From positions 7,055-71,054 of the forward strand of contig SVTK01000014.1 of assembly GCA_015063805.1 (NCBI GenBank): DNA of 64,000 nt, written 5' to 3'. Positions 63,049 through 64,000 of the stretch are shown in pieces (within the stretch, counting starts at the first letter, position 1; the number at the start of each line of letters is the position of its first letter). The notes under the pieces are model-generated. The model searched no databases. It was not told the DNA's origin and saw nothing but the letters and a program-made list of their open reading frames with translations. The translations under genes were made by a program, and so were the position numbers. The DNA comes from Oscillospiraceae bacterium (GTDB lineage: Bacteria > Bacillota > Clostridia > Oscillospirales > CAG-272).

Positions 63049-63567
63049 ATGAAGTATGGCATCTGCGTGTGCGGGCTGAACGGGAGCGGGAAAACCACCC
63101 TTGCCCGTGCACTGGCGGAGGAGATGGCCTTCAAACACATGGATGTGGAGGACTATTATTTCACCTCCGCGGATAATCCCTACGCGACAGCCAGGACGCG
63201 GGAAGCGGTGGAGGAGTTGCTTTTGGCGGACATCCGGCAGAACGCTTGCTTTGTTTTTTCTGCCGTCAACGGCAATATGAATGCGGAGATTAATGGGTAT
63301 TATGATCTGATCATTTACCTCGAGGTACCGTTGGATATTCGCATGAAGCGGATTCGTCAGCGTGCGGTGGACAAGTTCGGGGACAAGGTTCTCCCGGGCG
63401 GGGTAATGTGCGAGCAGGAAGAGAAATTTTTTGCTTACGCCGAGAAAAGAAAGCCCGATGCCATTGAAGATTGGCTGAAAACGGTGCCGTGCAGGGTCCT
63501 TCGCCTTGACGGCACGCAGTCCGTGCAGGAAAATGTGCGGAGAGTCAGAGATGTTGTTTGCCGGTAA
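63049..63567 (+). CDS. P-loop NTPase / AAA-family kinase-like protein
   Basis: Walker A CGLNGSGKTTLA; 172 aa. Small nucleotide-kinase-like size. Confidence 0.6.
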   Translation: MKYGICVCGLNGSGKTTLARALAEEMAFKHMDVEDYYFTSADNPYATARTREAVEELLLADIRQNACFVFSAVNGNMNAEINGYYDLIIYLEVPLDIRMKRIRQRAVDKFGDKVLPGGVMCEQEEKFFAYAEKRKPDAIEDWLKTVPCRVLRLDGTQSVQENVRRVRDVVCR

Positions 63568-63604
63568 GATTCGTCCGAAAGATAAGAATTTGACGGGGTA
63601 AAAA

Positions 63605-63820
63605 ATGAAAAAGCATAAAATCAGTTCTATGTTTTTCTACATCGCCGCAGTGTTGTTCGACTTGGCGGCAATCATTAGTTTTGTTGGTGGAAACCACAAT
63701 TCCATCGGTATTGTGTGGTTATGTCTTGGCTCAACGTTCCTTTGTCTCGGTTCATCCTATTCAAGAAAGAACAAAGAGAACGAAGAAAATCAAGACGACG
63801 AGGAAAATCAAGAAAAATAA
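63605..63820 (+). CDS. small hypothetical membrane protein with an acidic tail (low GC)
   Basis: 71 aa with two hydrophobic segments and a C-terminus NKENEENQDDEENQEK. AT-rich compared with its neighbours. Confidence 0.45.
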   Translation: MKKHKISSMFFYIAAVLFDLAAIISFVGGNHNSIGIVWLCLGSTFLCLGSSYSRKNKENEENQDDEENQEK

Positions 63821-63888
63821 ATTCCAATTTGTTGTTCCGTTTTTGATTGTAGTCCAAAGAAACATAAAGGGCAATCAGGCGAAAATTG

Positions 63889-63930
63889 AACTCCCCCAAA
63901 ACCGGGTTGACGGTTTTGGGGGAGTTTTTA
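63889..63930. terminator. bidirectional intrinsic terminator between convergent genes
   Basis: AACTCCCCCAAAACCG / CGGTTTTGGGGGAGTT stem flanked by an A-tract upstream and a T-tract downstream. Confidence 0.75.
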
Positions 63931-63934
63931 TCCT

Positions 63935-64000
63935 TACTCGCCCAGCAAAGCGCGGGCGGCGGTGCCGTTGTCGGCGGCGGTGAGGGTGTCCTCGGTGACG
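63935..64000 (-). CDS. 3' end of an unidentified minus-strand CDS running off the window
   Basis: Open minus-strand frame ending ...TAADNGTAARALLGE with TAA at 63935-63937, just past the bidirectional terminator. Too short to identify. Confidence 0.3.

Overview
High-GC (about 60% by eye) Firmicutes/Clostridia chromosome. The gene content and intergenic repeats look like Oscillospiraceae/Ruminococcaceae (Faecalibacterium/Subdoligranulum-like), but that taxon call is inference only. The window is almost entirely core housekeeping genes on the + strand. In order: a sugar isomerase/oxidoreductase pair (-); a Cys T-box leader with cysE-pyk-cysS-gtrA; stp-prkC-rsgA-thiN plus an untracked spoVM-like sORF; ygiQ; rimP-(DUF2807 lipoprotein)-nusA-ylxR-ylxQ-infB and a Nudix gene. 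Then a low-GC lipoprotein islet; preQ1 riboswitch-queT; uppP, rarA, mnmG; nrdG-nrdD with NrdR boxes; yybS-gdpP-rplI-dnaB-tilS-hpt-ftsH; tRNA-Gly(CCC) on the - strand; secG, rnr. Then yicC-remA-gmk-rpoZ-priA-def-fmt-(Zn peptidase)-rsmB-rlmN; an FAD oxidoreductase; an ECF sigma/anti-sigma pair (-); and malQ with a split methionine synthase. The window ends with three tandem 82-aa membrane-protein paralogs, a PstS-like binding protein, a P-loop protein and a small low-GC membrane protein. No CRISPR array, transposase, integrase, prophage or recognisable defence system was seen. The most unusual signals are: (1) a mosaic palindromic intergenic repeat family, about 12 units at 8 loci, with an invariant AT core and co-varying stems; (2) a tandem triplication of a small membrane-protein gene whose junction carries the 3' end of metH; (3) NrdD fused to a CxxC thioredoxin-fold domain; (4) a PrkC sensor kinase with a thrombospondin-type-3-like Ca-binding tail; (5) a low-GC lipoprotein islet. 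Most long minus-strand ORFs in the track are antisense shadow ORFs typical of high-GC DNA. Start codons, promoters and RNA elements come from manual reading, not computation.
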